DNA of 40,385 bases from positions 1 to 40,385 of IMG/VR virus record IMGVR_UViG_3300033487_000226; one strand, written 5' to 3'. The position numbers and the translations under genes are program-made. Below are positions 1 to 8,707 of the stretch, one piece after another. The stretch is from a virus (Duplodnaviria; Caudoviricetes). How positions within the stretch are numbered: position 1 is the first letter of the stretch; the number at the start of each line of letters is the position of its first letter. Below the pieces are notes generated by a model, which had not been told where the DNA came from, did not search any database, and was given only the letters and a program-made list of their open reading frames with translations.

Positions 1-15
1 GTGGGGGGAGCGGGG

Positions 16-137
16 GGGGGGGTGTTCCCTCCCCTCCCTCCCGTCCCTATCCCGTGTGTCCCCGTCAGGTGTACCCGCCTAGCCCCGCCCTCGTAGGTGA
101 TTGGGTGTCCCAATCAATCCCACCCTACGCCCTGGGT
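16..137. repeat. Terminal direct repeat, left copy (122 nt)
   Basis: 16-137 is identical to 40264-40385 (G7 then tgttccctcccc...ctacgccctgggt); the G-tract further upstream differs between the ends. Confidence 0.95.
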
Positions 138-414
138 TGGACGAAACCCCGCCCTCCACCCGACCCAGACAACGCGCGCGCCCGGTTCCACAGGTGCCCG
201 CGCACGGGTGCGCGGGGGCCCTCCGGAGGCCCAAAGGCCCCCCGGGCACACCCCCCCGGGGGGTGCGCGTGGGTCCCATCCCTGTCCCCACGGCTGAACC
301 GTCGAACCCCCTGGGAGTGACCGCAAGTGCGCGGAATCGTTGAGGGAAATCAGTTTCGGAGGCGTCGTCATTGACGACGGGAGGAAGGGTCTTTATTATC
401 ACCCCCCCGCCCAT

Positions 415-439
415 GGAGACCCCCCTTAAGGGGGTCTCC
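415..439. promoter_or_regulatory. Inverted repeat upstream of the first + strand gene (possible operator or hairpin)
   Basis: ggagaccccc-cttaa-gggggtctcc, 10-bp perfect arms. Confidence 0.35.
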
Positions 440-466
440 TACGCGAGAATAGGATGGGAAAAAGCA

Positions 467-997
467 ATGGCGAACATGCCGGTTGGGTATGTGAAGCAGT
501 ACAGGGAATTGAGTGGTGGAGCGCCGTGCTGCGTGTGGACGGTGAAGCGGCTCGGCAGGGTGGTGGCGGAGGGGAGCGAGCCGACGAAGGCCAGGGCTGA
601 GGTGGAGGCCAACAAGGCAATCATTTCGCACATGGATAAGCAGGGAGGCTCTGCCAAGGCCAAGCGCGACTCCATGCGCTGGCTGAGGGAGAAGGTGCAG
701 CAACGCCCCTACCTCATGCTCGGGATGTTGCAGCTCATGCTGCACGGGGTGGGCAAGGCCGGCGTGGTGGCCCAGGCGCGAAAGCTGGAGGCCGAGCTGT
801 GGAAGTCGGACAAGGCGAAGAACAAGCCAGCGCTCCCCACCCACCATCTGGCCCTGTCCCCGGAGGACTGTGCTGCGCGGGCCTGGGGGGAGATGGCCAA
901 CGCTGGCATGCTCGACGCTGGCGAGGACGGACCCAAGCCGAATCATCGGTTGCGCAAGTTCGCGGTGGACCTGTACGGAGAGGAGGCGTTCAAGTGA
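467..997 (+). CDS. Hypothetical protein
   Basis: ORF 371..997; ATG 467 follows a purine-rich tract (413 is an alternative start); stop overlaps the next GTG start. Confidence 0.65.
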   Translation: MANMPVGYVKQYRELSGGAPCCVWTVKRLGRVVAEGSEPTKARAEVEANKAIISHMDKQGGSAKAKRDSMRWLREKVQQRPYLMLGMLQLMLHGVGKAGVVAQARKLEAELWKSDKAKNKPALPTHHLALSPEDCAARAWGEMANAGMLDAGEDGPKPNHRLRKFAVDLYGEEAFK

Positions 998-1233
998 GCC
1001 TGGACCTGCCGATGATGAAGAAGCTTCTCCAAGCCATGCATGCGGACGCAGAGGAAGCCTACAAAGTTGCATGTTCGGCACGGAATGCAGTGGACGCCAT
1101 GAATGCGCCGGAACACTGGCGCAAGTTGCACTCGCTGGCGCTGCTACACTACGAGCTGTGCGCGGGGCTGGAAAACGCAATCGAAGCTACATTGGAGCTA
1201 ACACGACGTGCGAAGTCAGGCGGTGAACCGTGA
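994..1233 (+). CDS. Hypothetical helical protein (79 aa)
   Basis: GTG at 994 after GAGGAGG; GTGA overlaps at both ends suggest translational coupling. Confidence 0.7.
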   Translation: MSLDLPMMKKLLQAMHADAEEAYKVACSARNAVDAMNAPEHWRKLHSLALLHYELCAGLENAIEATLELTRRAKSGGEP

Positions 1234-1724
1234 CCAAGGCCAAGACGCAGGACAATATCCCCCCGCGTGCCCCCAAGAAGGGACCCAAGCCCACGGTGGA
1301 CTCCGTGCCCGTGCCGGACGTGGAGCTGAGCGGACCTACAAGTCCGCTGGCCGCCTACATGGACATACGCGACCTGTCCATGGGCAGCATGTGCAAGGTG
1401 ACGGGAATCGACCACAAGACGCTCAAGGCGTTGAAGGATGGCCACGCGGTGCCCTCCCTCGTCACCGCATACCTGATTGAGCTGTCTACGAAGGGGGCGG
1501 TGCCCATGGAGAGCTGGATGGGCACTCCGAGGGCTAGAATCACGCTCCAGCAAATGATGGAGCGGATGCCCGAGGAAGTCCAGGAATCCCTGCGTCCCGG
1601 GTTTGGCGGGGGTTTCGCGTCCCCGCTGGAGAAACAGAGCGGGGGTCGGGGGAAGCGCAAGCAGCCTGTCACGAAGACGGAAGACGACAACGAGGAGTCG
1701 GGCGATGAAGACGTGGCACCTTGA
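1230..1724 (+). CDS. XRE/Cro-like helix-turn-helix protein
   Basis: PLAAYMDIRDLSMGSMCKVTGIDHKTLKALKDGHAVPSLVTAYLIELSTKGAVPMESW fits an XRE/Cro-type HTH pattern; disordered termini. Confidence 0.6.
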   Translation: MTKAKTQDNIPPRAPKKGPKPTVDSVPVPDVELSGPTSPLAAYMDIRDLSMGSMCKVTGIDHKTLKALKDGHAVPSLVTAYLIELSTKGAVPMESWMGTPRARITLQQMMERMPEEVQESLRPGFGGGFASPLEKQSGGRGKRKQPVTKTEDDNEESGDEDVAP

Positions 1725-2073
1725 GGCGGCGGCGGTGTACGCAGTGCTGATTGCCGTCAACGTCATCAACGACGCGCACCCGCGCGAGTGGCTGGGCGCA
1801 GTGGCCGTAGCCCTGAGCTTCCACCACGCCAGCATTGCCAGCCGGCTGGCCGAAGCGGAGGAGAGGCGCATGGCTGGCGACGTGGAGTGCGTGAATCATC
1901 TCGGCTACTACTGGACTGGCAAGGAAGTGCTATGGGCAATCTACTTCCTCCTCTCCGGCACCTACTCAGCGCTGGCAGGGTGCGCCGTGTTCATGGTGCA
2001 TCCACTCTGGCGGCGATGGTACAGGCGTCACTACCCAATCAACAGGCATGCATCCGTGCAGCACGAGCAGTGA
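1705..2073 (+). CDS. Hypothetical membrane protein (122 aa)
   Basis: ATG 1705 after GAGGAG; several hydrophobic segments and a basic C-terminus (LWRRWYRR). Confidence 0.7.
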   Translation: MKTWHLEAAAVYAVLIAVNVINDAHPREWLGAVAVALSFHHASIASRLAEAEERRMAGDVECVNHLGYYWTGKEVLWAIYFLLSGTYSALAGCAVFMVHPLWRRWYRRHYPINRHASVQHEQ

Positions 2074-2100
2074 ACTACCAGCATCTCGGAGGTAGCAATC

Positions 2101-2595
2101 ATGAAGGTTGAGAACTTGAATGATTTGGTGGACTTCCTGAACGGAATCAAGCATCACATCAACTGCAACATTGTACCCACTAGCAAGTGTGATTGCGGAC
2201 TGACGAGCGCCAAGCTCTTGGCAACCACTCATGCACTGGAGGCGGTGTTCAAGCAGCCCACCACACTGGACGGCTACCAGGAAGCGGCTTCTCGCACTGC
2301 GCCTATGGCCCTGACCCAGGAAATGAGGCTGGCCACGTTCGCCATGGGCCTCGCCGGGGAGGCTGGGGAGGTGGTGGACCTGCTGAAGAAGCATCTCGGG
2401 CACGGCCATCCGCTGGACACGGAGAAGCTGTGCAAGGAGCTGGGGGATGTGCTGTGGTACGTCGCGGCGCTCGCCGGCTTCTTCGAGCTGAAGCTCTCCG
2501 AGGTGGCCCAAGCCAACGTGGAAAAGTTGAAGGCGCGCTACCCCGCCGGCTTCAGCCCCGAGGCGAGTCAGCAGCGAGACAAGGTGCAATCGTGA
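2101..2595 (+). CDS. mazG: MazG-like nucleotide pyrophosphohydrolase
   Basis: YQEAASRT...GLAGEAGEVVDLLKK...KELGDVLWYVA...NVEKLKARYP, the EAGE/ELGD acidic motifs of all-alpha NTP-PPases; GGAGG RBS. Confidence 0.92.
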   Translation: MKVENLNDLVDFLNGIKHHINCNIVPTSKCDCGLTSAKLLATTHALEAVFKQPTTLDGYQEAASRTAPMALTQEMRLATFAMGLAGEAGEVVDLLKKHLGHGHPLDTEKLCKELGDVLWYVAALAGFFELKLSEVAQANVEKLKARYPAGFSPEASQQRDKVQS

Positions 2596-3368
2596 GCAAC
2601 AGGAAGCTGATTGCGGACATGATGCCGGACACGGAGGACACGCTGCGCGCCATGCGTGGCACGGCTCCGCAAATCATGTTCTGTCCAAACCGGCACCCGT
2701 TGCCGCACCGGATGACCTGGGGGCGGTGCTCCCCGGTGCTGTGCGCCGACTTCGGGGAGCGGGGCACGGTCAACGTGACGGGCCGCGACAGCGCGAGCCG
2801 CACCACCCCGTACCACCAGGAGATGGACGCCTTGCCTCGCGGAGCCGAGAGCGAAGCGTACAAGCCGGCGTCCGACGAAGGCGAGGCGGAGGAAATCAAG
2901 GCACGCAGCAAGGAGGGCTTGGCAATCATGCGTGCCCGTGGTATCAACGCGGCGCGCTACGCGGTGTTTGATTTCCCGGACATTCCCAAGGCTCCGCCCA
3001 TCGAGCCCGGGAAGGAGAAAGAGTATGTCGAGCGCCGCCTCGACCAAGCCACACCGCTGGCAGCGGCAGAGCTGATTTATCAGCTCCAGTACGGTCCAGC
3101 CGAAGTCAGGCGCGAGATGGCCCGGGACATTCTGGAGCGGCGTGGACACCCGAAGCGAACCGAAGCGATGCCGGAGACTCGCGGCCCGGTTGTCATCTTG
3201 CAACTCTCCGGTGGCAACCCTTACGATGTGCAGCGGCAGCAAACCCTCAAGCGAGTACAGGAGAAGGTCAATCATGGACAACCAGAACAATCAGGGCAGC
3301 AACAACGGCGACAATCACCCCAGCTCGCCCACCTCCTCGGAGAAGCAGAGCACGAAGCAGAGCGGTGA
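2592..3368 (+). CDS. Probable terminase small subunit
   Basis: GTG 2592 overlaps the mazG stop; AAAELIYQL...VRREMARDILERRG resembles TerS oligomerisation helices; lies upstream of terL. Confidence 0.5.
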   Translation: MSNRKLIADMMPDTEDTLRAMRGTAPQIMFCPNRHPLPHRMTWGRCSPVLCADFGERGTVNVTGRDSASRTTPYHQEMDALPRGAESEAYKPASDEGEAEEIKARSKEGLAIMRARGINAARYAVFDFPDIPKAPPIEPGKEKEYVERRLDQATPLAAAELIYQLQYGPAEVRREMARDILERRGHPKRTEAMPETRGPVVILQLSGGNPYDVQRQQTLKRVQEKVNHGQPEQSGQQQRRQSPQLAHLLGEAEHEAER

Positions 3369-3981
3369 CGACGGGTACAGGAACTACGTCCCGGTCACGG
3401 AGGGCATCCCCGGCATCTCCACCACGACGGCGCAGGGCCAGCCGCTCGGCGCGCTCGGGCCCAAGTCCAGGCCCCGCCTGGGAGGCGATGCCCGCGACCT
3501 GCCGGGCCCCAACGAGGCCATGCTGAGCACCATGCGGCCACTGCTCACCGAGCCCAAGTTCCGCACCCAGGTGCGGACCATGCTGGAGCAGGCGGAGCAG
3601 CAGGCCCCCATGCCCATGCCCTACGCGCTCACCCTGACGGGCTCCAGGTCCAACGTGCGCAGCACGCTGGCTCGCATCACCGAGGAGGTGCATGCCCAGT
3701 ACGGGCATGACCCGGCGGCGCGCAAGGTGTTCGCCACCCTGGGCACCGTGTACGGCATGCTGGACGAGCGGCCCAGCATCGACAACGAGCGGCTGATGCT
3801 CACCATCTACGTCGCCCACAACAAGCTGGACGCGACCCTGACCGCCACGGCGGTGGAGCTGCCGCCGGGCTTCAAGAGCCTGGAGTCGCTGGAGGCGTTC
3901 GAGCTGGCGCAGGCCCGACAGGGCACGATTGGGATGCCGTACGCCCTGGACGCCGGCTCCTTCGGTGCCCTGAAGGATTGA
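3274..3981 (+). CDS. Hypothetical protein (235 aa)
   Basis: ATG 3274 after GGAGAAGG; strong GC3 codon bias; overlaps the previous gene by 95 nt. Confidence 0.75.
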   Translation: MDNQNNQGSNNGDNHPSSPTSSEKQSTKQSGDDGYRNYVPVTEGIPGISTTTAQGQPLGALGPKSRPRLGGDARDLPGPNEAMLSTMRPLLTEPKFRTQVRTMLEQAEQQAPMPMPYALTLTGSRSNVRSTLARITEEVHAQYGHDPAARKVFATLGTVYGMLDERPSIDNERLMLTIYVAHNKLDATLTATAVELPPGFKSLESLEAFELAQARQGTIGMPYALDAGSFGALKD

Positions 3982-3983
3982 TT

Positions 3984-4145
3984 CATCCGTAGGACCCCGG
4001 GGCAAAGCATCGCCCCGGGTAGCAGGACCCACGGTGCTGCGCCGTGGGATGCAACAGCGATAGCAAAAGCGGATGCTTCGGTAGTACCGTAGTTGAGGTT
4101 TGCCGGCTCCCTGGTTGAGCAGTCCAGGGAGCCAATGGCAACTTC
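3984..4145 (+). ncRNA. Candidate structured RNA / terL leader
   Basis: Stems 3996-4003/4012-4019, 4028-4034/4042-4048 and 4105-4114/4124-4133, plus long-range complementarities (see findings). Confidence 0.4.
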
Positions 4146-4160
4146 CCTCCGGAGCCTCCC

Positions 4161-5648
4161 ATGCCCAGCAGCCGACGTGCACGATTGGAACTACAACGAG
4201 AGGAGCGAGAGAAGCGCAAAGGCACGCGCCCCGCTCCAGTGCATGCGAACACGATTGACGAGCTGGTCCGCATCTATGTTAGCGGGCAAGCCGGCCGCAT
4301 CCTTCCTACTCAGCGTGATTTCATTCTCTCCCCGGAGAGAATCAAATGGTACAAGGGCCCGGTGGGTTGCGCCAAGACCAGCTCGCTGGTGGCGTCTATC
4401 GTGATTCCATGCATGCTCTATCCCGGCAGCAGGGCCATGCTGGCGCGGTGGACGTACAGCGCCCTTGAGCAAACCACGCTGAAGCGATTTGATGACCTTG
4501 CCAAGCATCTACCCGGTTTGATTGTGGAGGACCAAGTAGGGCCTCCGCGCACGGTGTGGATTGCTTCTGCCTTCCCGGGGGAGGAGCCGTCAGAACTCCT
4601 CTTCAGGAGCCTAGACGAAGAATCAAAGCTGGGCTCCACGGAGTTCAACTTCATTGGGGTGGATGAAGCGAACGAAATCACCAAGGAAATGGTCAACATG
4701 CTGAATGACCGCTTGCGCCACAAGCTGCCAAATCAGCAACGCCCAGAGGGGCCATTCTTCCTAAACCTCGTATCCAACCCGGTGACGCACTCGCACTTCC
4801 TGCACAATCAATTCTGCACAAGCGCGACGTGTGGCGGGCAGGTGGAGCGTGACGGTCAGCCCATGGGTACGGTGTTCAAGCCTCGCGCGAAGGAGAACGA
4901 GGACAACCTCCCGCCCGGCTACTACGAGGACATTGCTGTCGGTAAATCAGCTCAGGAAATCGCCCGCTTCATCCACGGTGAGTGCGGCCCGGACCCGAGC
5001 GGCAAGCCGGTCTACTCGCAATTCAACATGAGCCTGCATGTCGGCAAGCTGCATTACCTGCCCTACGGCAGGATGTGTCGCTTCTGGGACTTCGGCTACC
5101 GGCGCCCAGCATGCGTCTTCATGCAGCCCACCAAGGAGGGCTGGCACAACTACCTCCACGCAGTGATTGGGGAGAATGAAACCACTGAGGCATTCGTGGA
5201 GCGGATGAAGCTCCAGAGCAGCCTGCTCTACCCAAGCACTGATTCATGGATTGATATTTGCGACCCAGCCGGTGCGCAGAAGAAATCAAACAGTGAAGAG
5301 TCCGACATTGATATTATGCGCCGGTTGGGAATCAACCCGTTTTCCAGGGAGACTCTAATCAAGAGCGGCATGGAGGCGGTGGGGCGCAGCCTCTCCACCA
5401 TCGTCAAGGGTCGTCCCAGGTTGATGGTTGATTCTTCGTGCCGGTTGCTGATTGATGCCTTCAGCAGCGGGTACAAGTTCCCGGAGGCCCGCCCTGATAA
5501 GCCCATTTCCGACAAGCCCAGGAAGGACGGTTACTACGAGCACGTCATGGACGCGCTCCGCTACGGTGAGATAAACCTGGGGATGGTGGGCAACTCGACT
5601 CAGCAGCAGCACGCACATTCGCTTCGGTACAAGGGGAATCGTTCATGA
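4161..5648 (+). CDS. terL: Terminase large subunit
   Basis: Walker A GPVGCAKT, Walker B FIGVDEA, motif III LVSNP, RNase H-like nuclease motifs FWDFGY, DPAG and HVMDALRY. Confidence 0.95.
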   Translation: MPSSRRARLELQREEREKRKGTRPAPVHANTIDELVRIYVSGQAGRILPTQRDFILSPERIKWYKGPVGCAKTSSLVASIVIPCMLYPGSRAMLARWTYSALEQTTLKRFDDLAKHLPGLIVEDQVGPPRTVWIASAFPGEEPSELLFRSLDEESKLGSTEFNFIGVDEANEITKEMVNMLNDRLRHKLPNQQRPEGPFFLNLVSNPVTHSHFLHNQFCTSATCGGQVERDGQPMGTVFKPRAKENEDNLPPGYYEDIAVGKSAQEIARFIHGECGPDPSGKPVYSQFNMSLHVGKLHYLPYGRMCRFWDFGYRRPACVFMQPTKEGWHNYLHAVIGENETTEAFVERMKLQSSLLYPSTDSWIDICDPAGAQKKSNSEESDIDIMRRLGINPFSRETLIKSGMEAVGRSLSTIVKGRPRLMVDSSCRLLIDAFSSGYKFPEARPDKPISDKPRKDGYYEHVMDALRYGEINLGMVGNSTQQQHAHSLRYKGNRS

Positions 5649-7621
5649 ACAGCGATGGATTGACGCCGCACGTTGAGCCGGTTCAACCGCGCTTTGAGCT
5701 GTTGGGGGCTCCGCCAGAGCTGGCCCGTCCACGCAGTGAAGTCGTGGTGAACTACGCTTCTGACGCGCGGGTGGTGGAGCGCATTAAGCGGGAAATCATC
5801 CCGGCGGTGGGGAGCATCCGGGATTCCCGCCAGACGCTCAATGATTTGTGGAACTCGCTGCACAAGGTCTGGACCTTGCAGCACGACGAGAACAAATCAT
5901 ACACGGGGGTTTCCGATATCTACATGCCAGCGGGCAAGCGCGGTACGGAAACCATCGTGACCCAGCTCGTCAGCGCCACCATGCCGGGCGATGACAATTT
6001 CGGGGTGGAAGCCTACAACCCGGCGCGGGCTCAGCAGGCCAACGAGCTGAAGGAGGTGTTGAAGTACCGGATTGATTCAACGGCCAAGGTGCGCGTCATG
6101 CTGGAGCGCTACTACAGGCAGCTTGCAATCACCGGGAACAGCCCAATCAAAATCTACTACCAGCGCAAGGTCATTAACGCGCTGGGGCGGGGGATGAACG
6201 GCGGGCCGACCCCACGTCCTCATGTGGTGTTTGACAGCCCGGTGGTGCAGAGCGTGGACGTCAACAACTTTTACGTTTGGCCCGAAACGGTGAATGACCC
6301 CCAGGATGCTCAAATCATCTTCGAGGATATCACCACGGACTACGCCGGCCTCCTCGCCAAGGCGCGGGCTGGGGTCTACGACAAGGCGGCGGTGCTGGCT
6401 GCTGGCAGGTCGTCCCTGGATTCGTCAAAGACGAACACGGACAACATGCGCCTGTCGTCCCAGGGGTTGTCCTCGCCGCACAACATGACGGCGGATGGGT
6501 GGCGTCGGGTCGATGTGACCGAGGTATGGCTTGATTTCGACCCCATGGCGGCCAGCCGGGAGGAGGAGGAGAACCCAGAGCCGTTCCTGGTCACAATCAC
6601 TTCCACGGGAGAGGTGTTGCGGGCCATCCCCAACCCGTTCTGGCACAAGCGTCCTCCGTACCTGCTGGGGCGCATGGGGACGACGGTGGGCCGGGTTTAC
6701 GGGACTGGCTTCGTTGAGTCTATCCGCGAGCTGAATCGGCTGCTCAATGACCAGACGAATCAGGCCATGGATTGCGCGACCTATGTGCTCAACCCGATTG
6801 TGCTCACCAACCCCAACCTGACGGCAGGCCCGCTTGCTTCGCTGGAGCCCGGGGTGCAGTGGTTGGTGCACGACGTCAACGCGGCGGTGCGCTTCGAGCG
6901 TCCCCCTGTCGAGATGATTCAGGCAGGGTCCATCCTCACCACTGGCACTCAGTCCTGGATTGCGGACTTCATTGGGGCGCCTCCAGTGCTCAGCGGCGGG
7001 AGTTCTCCGGGTCGGGCCTTCCGCACGGCGACGGGAGTAGGGGCTGCGCAGACGAACGCCAAGATGCCGCTTCAGGAAATCGTGCGGCTCAACGAGGCAG
7101 AAGTCTGGGAGCCCATGCTCCACATGATTTGGAGCCTAGACCAGCAATTTGCCAGCGGTGACATTTTCGTCCCAATCATCGGAAAGGACATGCTGCGCGT
7201 GGACGTCAACGCGCTGTCCGGTGATTGGTTGTTCCGGTGGCTTGCCTCCTCACAGACGTCCAATCAGGCAATCAAGGGCTCCCAGATTGCCGAAGCCCTG
7301 CGCATCCTGTCCGACCCGCGCATCATCGACCTGTTCAAGCAGCAGGGTATCCAGGTGAACCCCGAGCCGTTGGTGCGGAGGATGTACCTGGAAGTCTTCG
7401 GCTTCCGGGACGTGGACGAAGTGCTGGTGCGCGGCACCTTGGGCCTGCCACCTGGAGGCCCGGCTGTCCCTGACGTGCGGACGGGACGTCAGCCGTCGTC
7501 GGGTGCTCCCACGGTCCCTGACTTGCCGCCGGAATTGCAGGACAACGAGCCCTTCCAGGAAGTGCGCGGCGAAGCGGACGCTATTGCAGCCCTCATGGGG
7601 GGCGCCGTACCTATCACTTGA
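5645..7621 (+). CDS. Portal protein
   Basis: 658 aa directly after terL (ATGA overlap); VYGTGFVESIRELNRLLNDQTNQAMD and RTATG segments resemble P22-like podophage portals. Confidence 0.85.
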   Translation: MNSDGLTPHVEPVQPRFELLGAPPELARPRSEVVVNYASDARVVERIKREIIPAVGSIRDSRQTLNDLWNSLHKVWTLQHDENKSYTGVSDIYMPAGKRGTETIVTQLVSATMPGDDNFGVEAYNPARAQQANELKEVLKYRIDSTAKVRVMLERYYRQLAITGNSPIKIYYQRKVINALGRGMNGGPTPRPHVVFDSPVVQSVDVNNFYVWPETVNDPQDAQIIFEDITTDYAGLLAKARAGVYDKAAVLAAGRSSLDSSKTNTDNMRLSSQGLSSPHNMTADGWRRVDVTEVWLDFDPMAASREEEENPEPFLVTITSTGEVLRAIPNPFWHKRPPYLLGRMGTTVGRVYGTGFVESIRELNRLLNDQTNQAMDCATYVLNPIVLTNPNLTAGPLASLEPGVQWLVHDVNAAVRFERPPVEMIQAGSILTTGTQSWIADFIGAPPVLSGGSSPGRAFRTATGVGAAQTNAKMPLQEIVRLNEAEVWEPMLHMIWSLDQQFASGDIFVPIIGKDMLRVDVNALSGDWLFRWLASSQTSNQAIKGSQIAEALRILSDPRIIDLFKQQGIQVNPEPLVRRMYLEVFGFRDVDEVLVRGTLGLPPGGPAVPDVRTGRQPSSGAPTVPDLPPELQDNEPFQEVRGEADAIAALMGGAVPIT

Positions 7622-7653
7622 CGCAGGCACATGCATGCATGCAGGCTAGATGC

Positions 7654-7932
7654 ATGCAAAAGGGCCAGCCCAAGATTGATGTGGAGAAGGTGCTGCAAAT
7701 CAAAAGTAGCCTGGAGGAGTTGATGCGCTCCCCGGGCTACAAGTACCTGGAGGCGTTCATTGACGGCCAAATCATGGTGGCTGAAAATGAATTGAAGACG
7801 ACTACCAAGGCGTCCAAGATGTTTCGGGCTGCTGGTCGCCTCCAGGGACTTCAGCTCACGAAGAATTGGATGCGCATGCAGATTCAGGCGTTCGAGCAGC
7901 AAATCATTCAAGCACGGGAGAAGACGCGATGA
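7654..7932 (+). CDS. Small helical head-module protein
   Basis: ORF 7618..7932 between portal and scaffold; start uncertain; stop overlaps the next ATG. Confidence 0.65.
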   Translation: MQKGQPKIDVEKVLQIKSSLEELMRSPGYKYLEAFIDGQIMVAENELKTTTKASKMFRAAGRLQGLQLTKNWMRMQIQAFEQQIIQAREKTR

Positions 7933-8660
7933 AGAACTTCGGTAAGGTCATGGTGTTGATGAACGCGGCGGCGGACCAGGGTTCGGGCGGGGGACAGGCC
8001 CCGGACGCGGGCCAGCAGACCCAGCAGCCTCCGACACAGGACCCCATCTCGGCCAAGTTGGAACAGCTCGCCCAGCTCATGCAGCAGCAGCAGCAGCACA
8101 CGGTGCAGCTCGCGCAGCGGCTCGAATCGCTTCAGCAGGGGACCCAGCAGCCTGCTCACCAGCAGCCCCCGGCGGGCCATGAGGACCCGGGCCAGTTCGT
8201 GGATGACAGCGTGAAGGAGTACATCCGGCAGCAGAACATGAAGCTGGCCGCCCAGCAGCATCAGCTCGCGGACAGTCTGGACATGCAGAAGTTCAGCATC
8301 GCGGCACAGCAGCTCCACCTCACGCAGGACGAACTCAGCCGCACCAACGCGACCTTCGATGCGTGGAACAAGGCGGGGACGCTGTTCTATGTGAACGGCG
8401 TCCCGGTGCGTCCGACGCGACTCGACGCACTTCAGCAGGTCATCGGCGCCGTCAACATCGAAGCTCGATTCAACGGGAAGAACCTCCCCGGGCAGGCGGC
8501 GGGCGAGGCGCAGCGCAACGCGGGCAACGTCCACGCGCAGCTCGAAGTGGGTGGCCGCGCGGCGCCGCTCTCCGGGCTCCCCACCAACTTTGACAAGATG
8601 CCGCTCAAGCAGCAGAACGACGAGCTGGGCAAGTTCCTGGACTCCCAGGGCGGGTTCTAG
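7929..8660 (+). CDS. Capsid scaffolding protein
   Basis: ATGA-coupled start; Q/P-rich disordered N-terminus then coiled coil; directly upstream of the capsid gene. Confidence 0.7.
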   Translation: MKNFGKVMVLMNAAADQGSGGGQAPDAGQQTQQPPTQDPISAKLEQLAQLMQQQQQHTVQLAQRLESLQQGTQQPAHQQPPAGHEDPGQFVDDSVKEYIRQQNMKLAAQQHQLADSLDMQKFSIAAQQLHLTQDELSRTNATFDAWNKAGTLFYVNGVPVRPTRLDALQQVIGAVNIEARFNGKNLPGQAAGEAQRNAGNVHAQLEVGGRAAPLSGLPTNFDKMPLKQQNDELGKFLDSQGGF

Positions 8661-8707
8661 CTACGCTGCATTGCCCCTGGCCAACATCAACCTGAAAAGG
8701 ATGCACC

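Noticed and set aside
54-414. Short overlapping ORFs near both genome ends (also 39584-40330)
   Set aside because: P/R/G-rich translations without RBS or codon bias; better explained as non-coding control DNA
3981-4080. SAM-I riboswitch suggested by ATC...GAT closing pairing
   Set aside because: Conserved SAM-I core elements not found, and terL is an unlikely target
8081-8098. CAG repeat
   Set aside because: Short in-frame polyglutamine within the scaffold coiled coil; no sign of phase variation
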